This document shows positions 60,560 to 64,000 of a stretch of DNA of 64,000 nucleotides, in pieces. Position numbers and translations under genes: made by a program. The stretch is from assembly GCA_002633005.1 (NCBI GenBank), contig NMRA01000539.1, positions 1-64,000 of the forward strand, in the 5' to 3' direction. Origin of the DNA: Phoronis australis (lineage: Eukaryota > Animalia > Phoronida). Position 1 is the first letter of the stretch, and every line of letters starts with the position of its first letter. The notes below the pieces were generated by a model. That model did no database searches. It was given only the letters and a program-made list of their open reading frames with translations, and had not been told where the DNA came from.

Positions 60560-62857
60560 ATCAGCTGATCTGCTGATAATATAATGTTAATTTGTTTGTT
60601 TTTCCTCCCTAGACTTACACACTAAAAACATCAGTCAGAGTCATCAGTCATATGCTGTTTTCTTGTGAAAAACAAGCTGAGCAATGTTTACTGCTGTGTC
60701 CAGTTTGATGACATTTGTCACATACTTTTTCACTGGTTTACCAAGAGAGTGTCCATCAACTTAGTAAGATGTCAGTCCTTTAAGGTGATAAATTTTGTCA
60801 TAATTTAGTTTCATATGAAACATGGCATGCCTACAGAAGTAACACCTTAATTGAGGTGCCCTTAGTGAACAGATCTCCAACTTTTCCCTGTCAAAGTCTA
60901 ATAGTTTTCATCAGGTTGTTGAATGGTGCTCAGGGTTGTATAGCTGTGAAAGGAACTTGAAAACTTGAGTAGGCCTATGTGGTTAGAAACTGCACAGCCT
61001 AGACTGGCTTATCTGATGTTAAAGTCACAAAGCATAGGTTTAGAGCAGTAAAATAGTGCTTCTATACGTTCTGTTTCTAACATCACTGTTTTGCATACTT
61101 GTAGATGCGCACGAATGTATGTCGTCTTTGTCCAAATTTTGTTGCCATTTATCTATGTACTATAATGGTAAACGCATCTGTAATTTTGGATTTTGAATAT
61201 TTATTGTCAGAAATTAGAGGGGCATGGACAATACTTTTAAACAAATATTACGGTACCATTTTATTAATTATAATTATAAAATGACTCTGTCTGAAACTGG
61301 AAATACTTCCATAATGGATATTTCCTTCTTAAATGGTAATATTTCTAAGTTTCTAAAATTACGAAAGTTCTTGCATAGCTATATTTGGTTGGCGTAATTT
61401 CAGTCGCTCTTAAGTGGTAGATTCGGGGTCATCTTCCTAGGTCAACGTTGCAAGATGTGGAAAGATAGTACTGACAATAGCTTTACAGGATATATCTATT
61501 CTGAAGGGTATGAAAGGAGTCAGGATGTTACACAAAATTAAATACATTCCAACATTCCTTCTGATGGGCACCATCAAAAAATAAAATACCTAACCCGGAC
61601 CATGTCGCCAGCTGTTGGCAAAGTAATGTTTGAGTATCCCTTCACCTTTTGAAGCCCATCTGTCTGTAGACTTATTGTGCTGGCACTTCCCATGTGGACC
61701 AAATGAAGTGAAATTCAACAACTCTGTTATAGTGATGAGCATTTGTTGTACAATATTTTACTGATTAAGTCGATCTCATAATCCTTACTGTGACAAGATT
61801 TTCTTTCTGCTACCAAAAAGAAAAAAATAAAACCCATCAGTGACTCAAGAAAATGCTTCGCAGTGTTAGGTTGGCCAACTCTAAAGTTATGAATTTGAAA
61901 ATAGCATGCGTATACATTTACCTGTCATTCAAGTTGCCGGCTCAAATGGCAATCTATTGAAAGTTCTTATTTTTTCATGAGAGATGACATTAGACTTAGG
62001 TGGACTGGCACGAGGCCTCCTTCGTGAAAAAACAGTGCATTGTTGTGTGTTTCAATAACATCATTTAGTTGGGGACCTCTTGTGACATCCTAAATCCACC
62101 TCATTGGCCTAACATTTTAGCATGGGTCATTTTTTATACAAGCCAAAAATTCAGTACTCGTGTTTTGTATTTCCACTGGCGAATCTAGGATGTCATGGGG
62201 GACCTGACGTTCATGGAAGCCCTTAAATAGCACACTACATTAGTGTCATTTTTTGTGGTCATTCTGGAGGGGCCCAGTCTCCCCTTAATCGGTCTATGAT
62301 TTCTGTTCGTCTTTGTTAATCGCTTGTCTGCTGCTTTCAATCATGCTTGATGTTATCTTCAGTAGACCATCACTAATTGTTAGATCACATAAAAATTCTT
62401 CAGTTTGGGCACTTTCCAAAATTTGGGACACTTGAATTCAAGCAAAAATGAATTTTCTCTACTCTGAAGATTGGGAATTGTGTAATTTTGATGTTCATCA
62501 TATCACGCACTACAATCTATCATAAAGTCTGAGATAAAATCATCAAAATTCAGCTTTCTCACAATTCTTGAATTTGGGACAATGTCACCTGATTCTAAAA
62601 TTTGGTAGAAGCTCCCACCATGAGCAAAATTCTAAAAATTTTCACTGTGTCAAAACTATATATTTTTTACTGGAGCATTGGCGAACAAAACTTAGCACAA
62701 ATCTGGCGAGTTCTTTGTGCCGTAAATGCTCCTGCGAATAATCGAAGCAGAAGAAGTCCAATTGTTTGTTCACATGTATATGTATATATTTGCAGACATT
62801 AGTTCTGAGTTGCCATTTCTTCATTTTTGCTCCTGCACATGAAATGGGCGTTTAAGA

Positions 62858-63313
62858 TACCAGGATTTTCTGTAGATAAGCCCACCCCATGAAACGCCCA
62901 TGGGCGTTTATTCGGAAAATTATGCCGAATAAAAGCCCATGGGCGTTTAATTGGTGTTACAATTTCTGGTGTCAGTCAAGTGTCCAGAAAGTGGGACGTT
63001 TATTCAGAAAATGTCCTTTTAAAAACCCACTCAACATCAACTTTTAACTACAAATTCAATTTTGTGCAGTATTTATCATTTATAAAAATGAGCAAAGTGT
63101 TGGCGAATTAGGTATTTATTAACTTCAAAATAAAAAAACTGTTTTATGAAAAAAATCGCTGATATTTTCATATCAGGCGAGGCTTTGACTTTCCGTTTAC
63201 ATGCCACCCTTTCTGAATAAACACCCGGGCATTTATTTGGTGTCACTGAAATGTGTGGAAATTTTCATTCTCCGAATACACGCCCATGGGCTTATCTTTG
63301 GAAAACCCCAGTA
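62858..63313. mobile_element. MITE with imperfect TIRs and internal gcccatgggc palindromes
   Basis: tac-caggattttc..agataagccca versus tgggcttatct..gaaaaccccagta; repeated gggcgtttattcgga/ccgaata-acgccc units. Confidence 0.65.
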
Positions 63314-64000
63314 GGTTGTCTAAGAAATGGTGGCAATCTTTTACGATAATTTATAAATAAATGCTTTTAACATTTTATGTCTCTGTATGCTTGGTGTGCG
63401 CTATGTCATTTGCCTAATTTGTAAAAATGGTAGAAATTTTGTTTTTAGATGATTTTTGTTTTATTTGATGCTGTCTGTGATTGGTTGTTGGACATTGTAG
63501 ATTGACTTGTGTTGTTAGCTGGTTGTAAGCTGGTGGCTATTTTGTGTTCTTAGTTGAGTGTAAACATATGCAAAAATGCAAAATGGTTTACTTGCAAAAT
63601 GCATGAAGGTTCATCCTCTGAGCTATGAGAATATCTTGTTTAATTGTTCATGTTTTTATATGTTATTTGAAACTGTGTAACACAATGTGTTCATAGAGTA
63701 TATGTATACTAGTGAGCCGTTTTTTTCAAAGGTACTTAAATATGTTTTGTTTTATTGTACATGTATGTATACCAGTTCTCCTAAATTATAAATAAATTCT
63801 TGTGATTTTAATTGGTTTCCTGTATATTTCTTGTTTTTGGCTGGGCATTGTGAATTCAGATTTATTGAGGAAGACATAAAGAGTTTCTGATCATCAAGAA
63901 TTCACAGCATTTTTTTCTCCGAGCTTCATTACCCAAACATCTCGGTACAAATGTTACAGCGGCCATAGTCTCACCTTCCGTCACAAAAAGCAACGCTTGA

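Overview
Intron-rich eukaryotic (invertebrate metazoan-like, AT-rich) draft-assembly DNA, not prokaryotic. I reconstructed three spliced genes by hand with GT-AG boundaries and continuous phase. (1) The 5' part of an ILVBL/HACL2-like TPP-dependent enzyme on the minus strand (6 exons, 9615->3077; the rest presumably lies left of the window). (2) A complete 3-exon MFSD4-family MFS transporter on the plus strand (14046-20765, 616 aa), whose exoplasmic loop is mucin-like and carries two convertase-type sites. (3) A kinesin-2 KIF3B/KRP95-type gene on the plus strand (ATG probably at 28959, stop at 52729, 21 coding exons, about 752 aa). Non-coding space holds a structurally complete Helentron-type non-autonomous element (HINE), a second truncated HINE, a CAC-ended foldback element with a 5-bp TSD, other MITEs, a LINE 3' tail, SINE-like relics and minisatellites. 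There are two N gaps and three single-N-joined duplications that look like haplotype-overlap artefacts, two of which falsely duplicate KIF3B exons. The most unusual pattern is that five introns begin with unrelated tandem arrays anchored at the splice donor; in the four KIF3B cases the unit copies the exon end plus the donor. No database searches were run; family calls rest on motif recognition.
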